Below, in pieces: positions 1 to 12,300 of a stretch of 64,000 nt of DNA (positions within the stretch are counted from its first letter, which is position 1; the number at the start of each line of letters is the position of its first letter). The DNA is taken from NCBI GenBank assembly GCA_965235115.1, contig OZ249439.1, positions 23,994,001 to 24,058,000 on the forward strand, in the 5' to 3' direction. Origin of the DNA: Laetmonice hystrix (Eukaryota). A program made the translations under genes and the position numbers. Under the pieces are notes generated by a model. That model was given only the letters and a program-made list of their open reading frames with translations. It had not been told where the DNA came from and did not search any database.

Positions 1-226
1 TGCTGCGTTCTATAGGTGGACCCCCGTGGCCATATCCTTCCAGAACGACTCCGTGTCGTATAATAACCTTGTTCTATGGCTCTGATTAACCTTGCAAGGC
101 TGCATATCGGAGGGCGCCGAAATTGCCGTCGTTAAGCTGGCGATTTAGATACGACCTCTAATTAGTCCGCAAGGTGGTGAAGGAGATTGACTCGAACGAT
201 CCAGGAAAGGAGCTTTTGCTGGGATG

Positions 227-381
227 NNNNNNNNNNNNNNNNNNNNNNNNNNNNNNNNNNNNNNNNNNNNNNNNNNNNNNNNNNNNNNNNNNNNNNNNNN
301 NNNNNNNNNNNNNNNNNNNNNNNNNNNNNNNNNNNNNNNNNNNNNNNNNNNNNNNNNNNNNNNNNNNNNNNNNNNNNNNNN
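227..381. other. Assembly gap (155 N)
   Basis: Run of N. Confidence 1.
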
Positions 382-3300
382 ATTATTGAGACTACAAAGG
401 CGAACCGTTGCCGCCGTATGCACAGACAGAGATGTACTCGGGCCAACGACATGCAAATCAATAGCTCATATCATCTATGAGAACCCCTTTTAAAGGTTTT
501 CTATAATAAAAGGAGTTCAATCCAATACACATGGACACCTATAAATAAGAAAGTGATGGATCCACACTTAGGTGGATTCGATCCGATTGCCTCTGGCACA
601 GTTTAAGTCTCCCTATAGAGTGGTTTTAGGTACAATATTTCATTCCTGATCCTGATTCCTTGTCCGCTATATTTGGGAACTAACGGGTTAATGTCCACAT
701 TGAAATTCCTAACCTGATGTAGCCTAATGTATAAGGTGTCTTGTCAAAGGCAAAAGTCTCCAGATGGCAGCAGCTAAGGCATCATTTCGTGGTGCATCAA
801 ATTGATTGTGACGTTATTGTGGTTATTTAACAAAAAAAAAACTTGCCTCTAGGGTCAATGTCAAATGAGATCTTCTGAAAACGAATTTAGAAGGGGCAAG
901 TGTATTATTGTATGGCGTTTGGCTAGAGTTGACTTATTTGAAACACAGAATTGTTTTTTGCCTTATAATTTCCTTCATCTTGACCCTGTGATTTAGTTAT
1001 TGAATTAAGCTGCAGTTTTCTATTGCAGATTTCTATTTTATTGTCATGATTAATGAGAAAAACACAGCTTGAGAGAAACATCTAAAGGCGACCTTTCCCT
1101 CACAGGCAGCCACAAAATATCAATGACAGCGGGGAACGAATGATATAGAGCCCCTGATCGTCTAAATAAATCTGCGGTTAAACGCAGATTTAAAGCATTA
1201 TCCTTGCTAATCCCCAATCCCGGGAGAAAAAGCACCAAGGATTTTACATCCTGCCTTCCTGTGCCTTCCTGTGCACTGTACTGTGATGGAAATCCTCGTC
1301 CACCTGTCCGACAGTGTGCAATCCTTGTTACCAGGGCCTCTAAACATGATCACTTTACTCTGCATCACTTACACCACTTAGGACCTCGTGTTTCACGGAA
1401 TGGCCTTAGAACATGAAAGGACCGTGTCTTCTTAGCACAAAGATCAAAAGACTCGATGGGTCCGGTTGCGAATAAAAATATCACTTCATTGACTGTTTTT
1501 ATTTTGAAGATCAGGAGCTAAGACGCTGGTGGATTTATCGTATATCAAGCATATAATACTACTCAATAATTTATCGGCCAAGATTATATGCGATCTAATC
1601 TAAGGAAACAGTTGGGGTGGAGATAATGGAGATCATTTTGAGGCCTCGACTCGCTCCGTTCAGTGGCAGACTCGCAGACGCTGTCTGAACGACAGAGTGC
1701 CGCGACGCCTGACGGCGCCAGTACGCATGCGCAGTGGGAAAGATGACCGGGCAGGCCTGAAGAGTCGTGCTAATATGGCGATGGCATAGAACTAGCGACC
1801 GCTACCACTGATGTAACCCTGTGGTAAATCAGAATCTACTGCGGGAAATAACACCAAACTCGGGAAACGAAATTGAATTTGTCGTGATTTGTGTACGCAT
1901 GTGTCCTTTGTCCCAACTTATAAACCCGCGATCGCAAAATTGCTGTTCCAGAAGACTACCTTTATTTAAATGCGAACCCAAAAATATGTAGGCCTAGCTA
2001 TGTGTAGCAGACTGGCGTGTATCGTGTTCTAAACAAATCTTATCATAATGTATATATGTAAGAGTCTGATGTATGCTGTGCTTCATGTTGTAAAGGAAAA
2101 TAAATAAATAACTCAGCTCATTTGACTTTTGATATATTATATTGAATAAAAATACAAAACGCTTATAAATTAACGTCAGTATACAGATGTATCATCTTTG
2201 TACAGAGCATGGTCTGATAAATGACCACCACGGTTTCCCAGATGCGTGACGTAGACACAACACTCGGGTTGTAGTAATAATATACGACTAATGAGGCGAC
2301 GTCATCCTCTAGTTTCACGATCGGCCCCCAGGGGTCCTCCCTAATGCACATGTTGATGCGCCTATGTCGGCCCGACTTTATCGCACTGACCACAAACCTC
2401 AAAAGAACAGAGCTGTCACGTGACTAGCTTTGCGCGACAGACAGTCCTGACAGACAGGGGAGAGGAGAGAAAAAATGGAACAGCACCCATCCTGTATCAC
2501 ACGGGCGCATGACTGAGCATCACGTGGTCTTTGGGCAATGCACCAGTTGGCCTTTACTGTCAGTTCTCGTTGTCTACGTAATACGTCAACTATTATCGCT
2601 GAATCCATACACTACAGCACGTGATAGCACTGGATGAAGGGGGTAGCTCAGTTATAATCGGTTAGTCTTTCTGAACACGTGGAAACGCGGCCTTCACATT
2701 GACATAGTTACTTGGCACGTCGTACCAAGATTCTCTTGAGCGGACATGCGCAAAAGCGGTTAATGGCACGAGTCAGAAGCAATGTAGGAAGCCATTTGTC
2801 TAGAGCACCGTCTAGACCTTGCGTCTCCTAGGTGCTTCCCAAAACGGATTCACTCCTACCAAAGGACACGAGATCTACAAAAGTTCGACGGCAGATTTTT
2901 TTAGGGGGGGGGGGGGGGTGTATTATGATTTCTGTGATTTCTCGAGCGTTTAGAGAGGGGACCATATATAGGTCACAGTGTCAGCAGTTCCTCGCCTGGT
3001 ATTATGTCTACATTCGGTCAGTCTTTGTCGTAGTGACCTGTAAATAAGTCTTGACATTCTGTGGCCATTGCCAGAGCACCACCACACAGATCTGGAAAGC
3101 TCTCGTAGGATCTACACTGAAGCCAGTGATGTTGTATCATATGTCAATGTACACACAAGCACGGTGGGTGGGGCTTCGGGAATGAAATGGAGGCGATGGG
3201 AGAGCCGGCGGATACTACTTCAGTGCAGATGGTGCGCTGGGGCCGACTGTCAGAATATCTGTGTCTGCTTGGAGCCAGTGTAGGTTACTGGAGAAAGGAA

Positions 3301-5853
3301 CGGTTCCTCCATCTGAAGCGCTCCGGAGACGTTGCCGTCACAAAGGGGTTTCGTGTACATGCTTTCCTCCGGCACCTTCTGGAAGACAAACACACACATT
3401 GTACACAACGTGATTATATGTGGCCGCGGCAACTTACAGGCCAACATGGAGAAGTCAGCAACTTGAGCTCATTTGAAATGGTTCTCGCATAGCTGAATAT
3501 GAAACACGTGCCAACATGTTTGCAAAGCTAATAATATACGGGAGAATGCCACTTATAGCGCAGCGTCATCCCTGGGGGAAATTTCCCCCAAGTCAAATAC
3601 TCCACTGTCGGGAGTAAGTAATTTCACTGGAACAGCCAGCATGGTCAGCATGAAGACCGGAAGAGTAACACAGGGCATTCCTCCGTAATGCTGGGTGTTC
3701 CATTGAGATTACCTATTCCTGATAGTGGCCAAGAGAACTTAGAATATTTCCGCCAGGTCTGAAGCCCAGGTAATTGAGATTCTCCCGTATAATTGAATTA
3801 TGTTGGTGTGATCTTAGTTTTTTAGCTATGCAAAGATGAAACATTTCATTTTTATGTCCTAGAAGTTTCTTTTTTGTAATTCTCAGAAAGCCTGCTCTCT
3901 CTTTCTTTGGCAGACACAATAGCTATCTATGTTGTCAACATATTAAAGTAGGCTCTCATCAAAACTGCATATGGACTATTTGTTTTTGTATCTAAAGGAC
4001 ACCGGCCCTGATAATTACAGCCATATAGATAATCTGTACTAGGAAACGCAACGACATCAGTCTATTCTAATTGTAGCTAAATAGAATGGATGTAAGACTG
4101 CAAATGACAAGCGCAAAAAGCTTTGAAACTGAAGGAGGCTTGTTAACTGAGATGCTACTTCTTAAGAATCTGTAAGTTCAGAGGGAGATACCGTCTGATC
4201 AATAATGTATTCTCCGACTACTTGCGACTATAATCGTAGGGCGTGACTCTAGACTATATCATGACTGTGAGCCCAAGAAATGCGTATCTACTCTACCGAC
4301 TAAATCAAGGAAAAACCTTCGAGACGAAACGAACAATTGTCGTACTTTCTTAGTCTCACATGTGCACTGTTTTACAAAGGTACAAAGACATCTATAAACA
4401 TACATGCAGGTATGTTAATAGATGCATATTGACAACTATATACGCACATAAAGACAAGACTTACATTGAACCGTGTGTGTTATACAAATGTCTAATAAAA
4501 CAAACATCCTGTGTGTTTGGGTGTGAAACTTAATTCGCTTTGTTTTCGCTTTGGTTTTGCATTCCTCGTCTTTAGAGTGAGTATGTGTTTAGTGTGGCAT
4601 CCATTGCACCCCCTCCCCCAATATTAGCAATAGGATATTTATTTTTGTGACTGCTATTTGCTCCGTTTTCCATGATTGTCACTGTCACTGCCAGCTGTCA
4701 GTGTTCTATGTCTCAGGCAACATATGTTAGACTTTCTTTGTATTTTACGCAGCAAAAGAAAACAGTATTTCACCATTCTAATTTACATTGATACCTTCCA
4801 TTTCCTGTGTGCTATTCAGAACAGGGCTATTCAGCACAGTGACATAGGAAGAAAGAAATGATGTATGCAAAATTGAAAAAATCACCGTCGTTCCTGTAGC
4901 ATGGTACATCATTGTAGGGCTTTATACATATACCACAGATATTCTGTCCATCTCCACAATTTTTGATTTATCATTTTATTCTCTTGAAAATATAATATCG
5001 GGCTACCTTTAATCAATACCAAGGAAAAATATTTTTTTTAAATCGGATTTTTTTTCAACCTTTGCGTTTAAATGTTTATTCATTTTCGCTGTTTATATAT
5101 AAAAAAATATAAAAAAATATAAGGATTAAACAAACACGTTATTAGCAGTTTGGTCCATTTCACTGAATTACCTTCAGTCGTTCACATCATGGTCCCATTA
5201 TCCATTTACACAGCTATTTTAGGAGTCCGAGTAATTATGTGAATTTTTATAGCTCCAACTTCAAAAAGTTTTAATTAACAAACTAAAGAACTGCTCGTCT
5301 GTTCAACTGCAAGGAATATAGACCTATTAGCAAAGATCAATGTGGGATGACAGCTGCTGTTGTTTCGTAATTTTAGATTTCCAACGGAGGAAAATTATGC
5401 ATAATCTGTTAGAATTCTTCCGCGTCTCTGCATGGATAATAATTATCAGTATTAGGGCATCATTATAGAGTTTAGTTTTGCTTATTCTGGGTAGTTTTAG
5501 TTCAGACATGTAACAATAGTGAGCAAGAGCGTATAGAGACAGTCATCGGCATCCGTCCTTCACGTTACTTACACCAGAAACAACAGACTATGCGACTTGC
5601 ACTGTTCATGCACTCTTCACGTTATTGTGAAATGTCCGGGAATGATAAAAACTGTTCAACATGACATTGGAATGAAAATAAAGGATGGGAAGGAGAGAGA
5701 CATTTTCACAAGAAGTCACGAACAGGCCATCAATAACGAGAGCAGACAGATTACAGATTGGGATACTGTCCTTATCTTGTCTTTTGTTTCGCCCCATCGT
5801 CACGGTTCAGTGGGTTCGTTTTCCTTGGTTTGGCCATTTTTTAATGTTTGTTT

Positions 5854-5940
5854 TTTATTTTTACCTAATCGCAGATTTATCTTGCTTTCTTTATTTTAAG
5901 CGTCCTAACATTTGTGTAATTTTGAGGCATGTGTTTTATT
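5854..5940 (-). terminator. Cluster of three AATAAA polyadenylation signals 240-330 nt after the iGluR stop
   Basis: tttatt on the + strand at 5854-5859, 5890-5895 and 5935-5940. Confidence 0.4.
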
Positions 5941-6180
5941 CTGTCTTCCTAGCTTCCACTTCGTTAAAATTTATGTATGATTTGTCTAGGTTCTCCATCC
6001 CTCTCCCAAGGATATAAGGCAGGCATAAAAAACCAATGCACCAAAAAGAACCGCCAACACTTTAAATGCAGAGTATACATAATATAGTAGCGCCACCTGT
6101 ACAGATTTACCAGGAACTAGTCTCCATCCAAGTGTCGAAGACGAGGCTGCCGTCGACAACGGGTAAACAAGTAAGGACTT

Positions 6181-6388
6181 CTATAACGAGTACGAGATCT
6201 TTACCCTATTTTTAGTCGCTTTCCGCCGCCGCTTAACTCGGTAGCAATATTCAAATAAAGACGCTCCGAGCGCTAGGACTACACCTGCGCCCAGAATAAT
6301 GAAAAGTCCCGCGACATCCTCGATGGAAATGGAATCTGTGGCCTGTGGTCGCGGCGGCGATGGCTTACACTTTCTGTTGTGAAACCAT
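6181..6388 (-). CDS. iGluR terminal coding exon: end of S2, M4 and short C-tail ending ...KISYSL*
   Basis: Acceptor tttgttgtttcag|A TGG, phase 2, completing R-W-F. M4 followed by EYCYR (AMPA EFCYK-like). Stop TAG at 6183-6181. A donor-like AGG|gtaaag at 6204 makes the exact 3' end uncertain. Confidence 0.9.
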
Positions 6389-9300
6389 CTGAAACAACAA
6401 AAACAAAAAGTCATTTTTGGAGATTTGATACACGTATGAAACGGATACTTCACAACCAGCCTCTCAAATGACCAGGAGGTGTGGCGGGAATGTCTAGCAT
6501 ACCATTGTCCTCATATTCTCTTATTTTTCAAACATAATAATTGTTTTAAAACTCATTTTAGAGGGCTTCAGACCATAGATCCAACCATGCATAACGTATT
6601 GAAGCCTATCAAAAGAGAGGCTTTGTATGTAGCTCAGCCCAGTCATTAACGACCCGGCAATGGGAAGTCCAACGGACCGATGCCTACACGGTGGAAGTTA
6701 ACTACCATGATGGGCTTTCTCAGACTTTCCAGTATTAAACCACTTTCCGAGGCAGCCCTGGTTTTGCGAAGCACTAAGCTGCTGACAGACACTCAACCGA
6801 CGGTCACTGCGCCCGCGGGATAAAGAGCGAAATGGATTTAACATTGCCGTTGCCACACTAGCCCAAGTCTGAAAACAAATGGTCTATTAGTTGGTCAGAC
6901 GGCCTCCAACACGGCTGGTATACTGTCTGCCCGCCTTGGTCGTTTGCAACCAGTAATCGGCTGGGCTAGTACCATCCCCTAAAGAGCGCCATCGGACTCA
7001 CCGACCGTGTAATCTGCTAGCCAAACCTCGTCCCACATCGAACGTTTGGAAAGGCGGTCTATTAGTAATATACCTCATATGGTTCACGATTGGCTATATA
7101 TGCAACGGCCCCGGCGTCTATACGGCCCTGCAATTTGGTTACACCGTCAATAAGACAGGAAAAGGCTCCTCCCTAATTCTCTTGGTTTTTAAGTCGGAAA
7201 TGGCAATCTATGTATTACAAGACGTGGCTCGAGACAAGCGCTGCTCTAGATTAGCAAATTGACTGGGCGTGCACCGTCTGGCAAAATTACAAGCACAGTA
7301 ATAATGCTCGGTTTTCTTCAATACTTCGAATGTTTCTTTGGGATGGAATCTTGAAGAAATGATTCCTTGTAGTGCATTAATGTCGACTTTTAAGCGAGAC
7401 TAAAAAGACCATCACAGATGAGGGCCATCCCGTTTCGGATAATACCAGGTCATACTGAACATTGAACGCCCTCTACGCATTCTAAGTATGGTCTTTCGTT
7501 TTATTCGTAATATTCGTATGTGTTGTTTTTATTTGCCCCTTTCTGTAGACTCGTAGTGGTATATTTATAGAATTATGAAGGTGGCAGTGACCTATATTTT
7601 CATCATCATTCATTCCAAGGTGAACACGGCCCATTCCCCAATCTTCTATATACGCCACCACTTTTACTATAGAACGTTTAGAAAGGAATCCCATTGCCAT
7701 GTCTCGAACCGATCACCCTTTCTAAACCCTCCTTCGAGACAGCAAGCTTATCAAATATATATTACTCTGCGACAGTTAGAGTGTTCTAATATATCCATCG
7801 TGCCGCCACCCGTTTAAACACCCCCTTGGGTTCAGATAGAAAGGGACTTTAGATGACACTTAGTGGTACGAGGTTAGCACTTCTATCGATGTGGATGGGC
7901 CAAGGGATGTCAGCACGCTTTCTATGGCTTCCACGTTCACAACACGTTCGCTCTCCATATTTGGAGTCCTGCTGGGGTGTTTCTACTTGAGCTGCCGGAT
8001 GCTGCCAGAATATGGCATCTGGCTAAAACTGCAGCCTCAGGCTCTTAGCAGCCCATCTCAGAACAGCTTTGTCAAAGGGGGGGGGGGTATCCTTTAGAAA
8101 AGATCAGGTTGAAAAATTTCGAATATATGATCGGCGGACAGTATACACCATGGGATTGTAACGTTACTGTAAATTGGGAGAATGGGTCATTTTATTATCT
8201 ACGGATCCGCCATCGCATTTCGTGGCAGAAACAGTTTCTTTTTGTTGTACGTTTTACGGTAGTCAGGACGGATGGTGTTTCCTAAACGGCATCGAATCCG
8301 GGTCGGTAATATCAATATGACAAAATTCCCCCGCGGTGCCATTTTGGCCGCTCACCGTCTGAGCCGGTGTGGCCACCCTTTGCTACATGTACATTTAAGG
8401 CAACTGTCAGGAGACAGGCCGTAAATGGGCTGTAGCTGACCCATGGGTTTGTTCAACCTATCCCGTTGACATTTCACCATTAGCACACGCAGTAAAAGCG
8501 GAGAAGATGTGAGCTGTGTGTGCATTATGCCAACGGCTGTGTGCTCGCAGTTTAACAAAACATGCATGGTGTATTCAACATATTCTCCCAATTCTATTGA
8601 AACACCACGTATCAATTTTTAAAAATTTCCATTTACATTCTTTACGACTTATGTTTGGCATACGTGCACAGACACTTGATTTACTGCTAATACGAATCCG
8701 CCCATTTACCGCCAGCACAGCATTTTAGCATCGGATACGCCATTCACAGATTCTTCCGTCGGTTTTATGGGGGCATCTGGCAGAAAAGCACTATCACGTT
8801 CCCACACAGACGGACAGAGTTGACTTAGCAAAGTTATCTGTTTGCGTTATTGACATTATTCCTCCGCGCGTCTGGTTAAATTTGCTTTCTAATTTCCATA
8901 CAGGCCCAAGAGTTGACACGAAGCACACTTAGCGATTGCTGCCAGACTAATCAGATGGGGCCTGTGATATAGGGAACCATTACGCTATTCGGACGCTTAA
9001 TTTAAACATTATACAACAGTGAACTGTAGCATGGCGTACTCTGGGGCCAGGGACACCTGGAACGGCTAAGAACAAAGGGAAATGGGAAAATAGAGAGAGG
9101 AAATCCCCACCGTCCTCATTGTCTTTATTTTTGAATCAAGCAAGCTCAGCGAATGCATCTGATAAAGAAATTCCGAATGCGACATTGATTAGTTTTGTCA
9201 ACTTTTCCAATAGCGGGACCAGTTATACATCGATATTGACAAGATCTGGATCGAAACTGTGTTCTCCGACCGTACCCTTGATCACTGTAGTGTGCGTGTT

Positions 9301-12300
9301 TGGTATGTGGTCTGGTTGAGAGATTGCTATCACAATACCTTTGATGTTATAGAGGGCTGGTCCTATCCGCATGCTGCTTATTTAGTTCTTGGTTGGTCCT
9401 GGTTGCATCTATTACCTATCATTAGAGCAAAACAGGCGGTGGTTCTAACATATTTACTCTTTTGTGGAAATGACAAGTCCCCGGAAAAAGTCAAAACATG
9501 AAAATTAATGGTGTAAAAAATCCGCAAATACCGATATATTATGATAAATGTTGTATTTTTCCAGAGTGGAGGGCGTAGAGAACCCGATAGAAAGATGCCT
9601 TTGTGTTTTATTTCTGACAAGGACTGGGTATACGTCACTGTACACTGTACAGCGCCATGGCTCACGCAGGACAAAACAAGTTCTATCTTTATCAGGGTCA
9701 AAGACGAAAAAACTCTGACGTGAACAATTATTCTTTACCCGATTAACAGTGCCACTGCCATCTAGCCGTTTTAAAAAACCATCCCTTCCACGCTCGGAAA
9801 GGAGAATTGCTTTCTCCAATTGCCTGTCCTGATGCTAAGAGCTCAATGGGGGATTTCTTTGACAAGAAACGGTCCGTCTATATCAAAGGGTTAAGTTTCA
9901 CGACGCGTCACGTAACGGGGAAGGATGTTGGCACGGATGGGATCACCTTCGGGCACCTAGACACATTTCATGTCACGGAATATCAGAGGGCAAGCGGTAC
10001 TGATCTATAGTATATCACTGGTCGCCTTCCGACTACCAACGATTTTTATCCTAAGAACTACTGTCGTGTCGGTGACTGTCATGCAAAGAAGAGTCTGAAC
10101 ATGCCAGTTCGGACCCACACTTCAAAACAAATTATACCGATTGTGAAAGTAACAACCTTGATGCGAATGTTACCGCTAATTCAGCCTTCACGACCACTGC
10201 TTTATTGAACCATCAATTGGCAGCAGAATCAGATCTTACCTGTGCTCTAGCTCCTGTAGCTTGCCGTTTTCCCGTAGCCGCAGAATAGCAATGGACAGTT
10301 TATCACGATAGTGAGTGCCCTGCGGAACCCCTAGACCGTACTCTCGTAGTCCAAACGTGTGACCCACCTCGTAAAGGTCACACTGAACACTCGTACGTAA
10401 CCGGATTTGGTAAGTCTCCCACAAAAAGGCATAGTCTCCTTTGCTATTAGCTACACGCTGGAATCCTTGTTCGCTATCGTTCACCATACCCGACTGATCG
10501 CCAGAACCCATAGCGAACCACATCCGCTGAAAATGCGGCAGTTTGCTGTTCTCGAAGAAGGCACTCACGTGACTACCTCTCACGGTACCGTACGAGACGT
10601 GACCCTGCGTGGCGAGATCCTGAATGCTTTGTATAGGAGCAGTGAAGCGAAACACTGTCAAGAAAGCCGCTAGGTTAGCGGTGTAAGTCGATATCATAAT
10701 TATAGAAAACAGCCACATGGACCCGGCTAATATCCGACTCGAAATGGACCTTGGCACGATGTCTGTCACCCTCAGCACCATGGAGGCGAACGTGAACCAC
10801 AAACTGTCACTGGCACTGAGGCGATGTTTGGAGTTTTCGTTGCCGCTGCCAGGTGCCAGACGGTCAACAACGTAGAGTGTCATGCTGATGACAAGGAAGA
10901 CGACCACCATGAGCACCCACACGAAGAGGGACAGAGGACTGAGAAGATGAAACATGGAGTGCCGTTCCGAGTGTCGTCTCATTATGATGGAAGAGCCGGT
11001 CGTGAAGAACGGTTCGGTAAAGTCAATAACTTCCTTCCTATCCGAGGTAATGGCCAGGGGAGCTACGGCTAAGGAAGCGTTCTGAAAGAAAATTTGCAGG
11101 GGGATTCGTTCTGTGGTGGTGGATGATTATGTACATACGGGAAAGACAGTGAAACAGCCACGTCTTCAGCTGACCAAACCGCATGCATAGATCTACTCCC
11201 AGTGTTCCCTTAAACACTTTCAACCATTATGTAGGGGCTAGTGTATGTAATAAAACAGTTTTAAGAGGAATATGTTTGTACTTTTACATATAAGTAGGCC
11301 TAATATGAACTGTAGTTGATTCACATTATATCGTCAGTCAAAAATTCAAGACACAGAAAAATAAGTATTAAACAATAAACATTTTTCATTTAAAGCCATC
11401 CCAATTTTTTATGCCCAAGTCTACCTTTCTCTTTGACACGTCAACAGAACCATCACGACTAATGATGGCCAGCAAATAATAGGTTTGCACATCGAAAGAC
11501 TAAAACCTCCCCTCTTGGCTTTATTTTGACCTTTTCGACACACAGACATCTTTACCCCATTGAGCAGTTCGCCGATGACGCCCGTCCACGACCCCGTCGA
11601 CAGCTTGGAACCGTAGAGTCCATCTGGCGCGATATACAACTGGTACTTGAACTGTAGCAAGGCGGCAACGTCGGCAAGCAGGTCGATGGCGAACCCCTCA
11701 AACCGATCATTTCCCGACAAGAGATGTTGACCAGTTTTCAGCTTCACGAACGGGTCCTCCTGAAGATTCGACACATGCAGAAACATGTAAAAGGATTGAA
11801 AGCCGATCTCTCCCCTCCTCCTCCCCCGCCGTTCCCGAAATCACTCTCTAATGGTGCCAATTCAGAATGGAAATAACCGGGAATTTGAGCAAAGCCTCTT
11901 TTTTGCTTGGGGAGTCAGTGAGTCGTCAATTTCCTTATGGAGAAAGGTCACCGATGGAAAACTCGCCTCTAATATTGACGACGGGCGTTAATGTGAGGAA
12001 GGTCGGGTTTGGAGGCACACAGGCCTGGGAGCTGTATAAGGGCGGGCAGGCGAGCTCGGTCAACGACTCGTCAGATAGCCCACCGCATATATCCCCGAAT
12101 TGCGCCTCGGCATGGCAATATCAAGACACATAATTCCCACTCCAATCTGTACCGATAAGCTTCCACTAGACTGACCACAAAGATGTGGGTGAGTCTCCTA
12201 GTGTCCAAGGAGCGGGAGGGGAGGGGGTGACCCCCCTCCGAGCACTGATTACTCTGAAGAAGCTCCAGCTCCATTTCGGTAATGTATTATGATGACCTGA

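Noticed and set aside
145-493. ORF-track entries spanning N runs (also 22914-23216 and 61163-61673)
   Set aside because: Artefacts of translating through assembly gaps.
2639-2700. tRNA/SINE-like start GGGGTAGCTCAGTT
   Set aside because: A-box-like only. No B-box (GGTTCGA) or cloverleaf follows.
6181-6204. 24-nt GT...AG intron that would remove the stop codon
   Set aside because: Too short for normal spliceosomal removal in animals.
6389-10239. Flip/flop-type duplicated S2 exon
   Set aside because: No second W-[WF]-...-C exon with suitable splice sites was seen in this intron.
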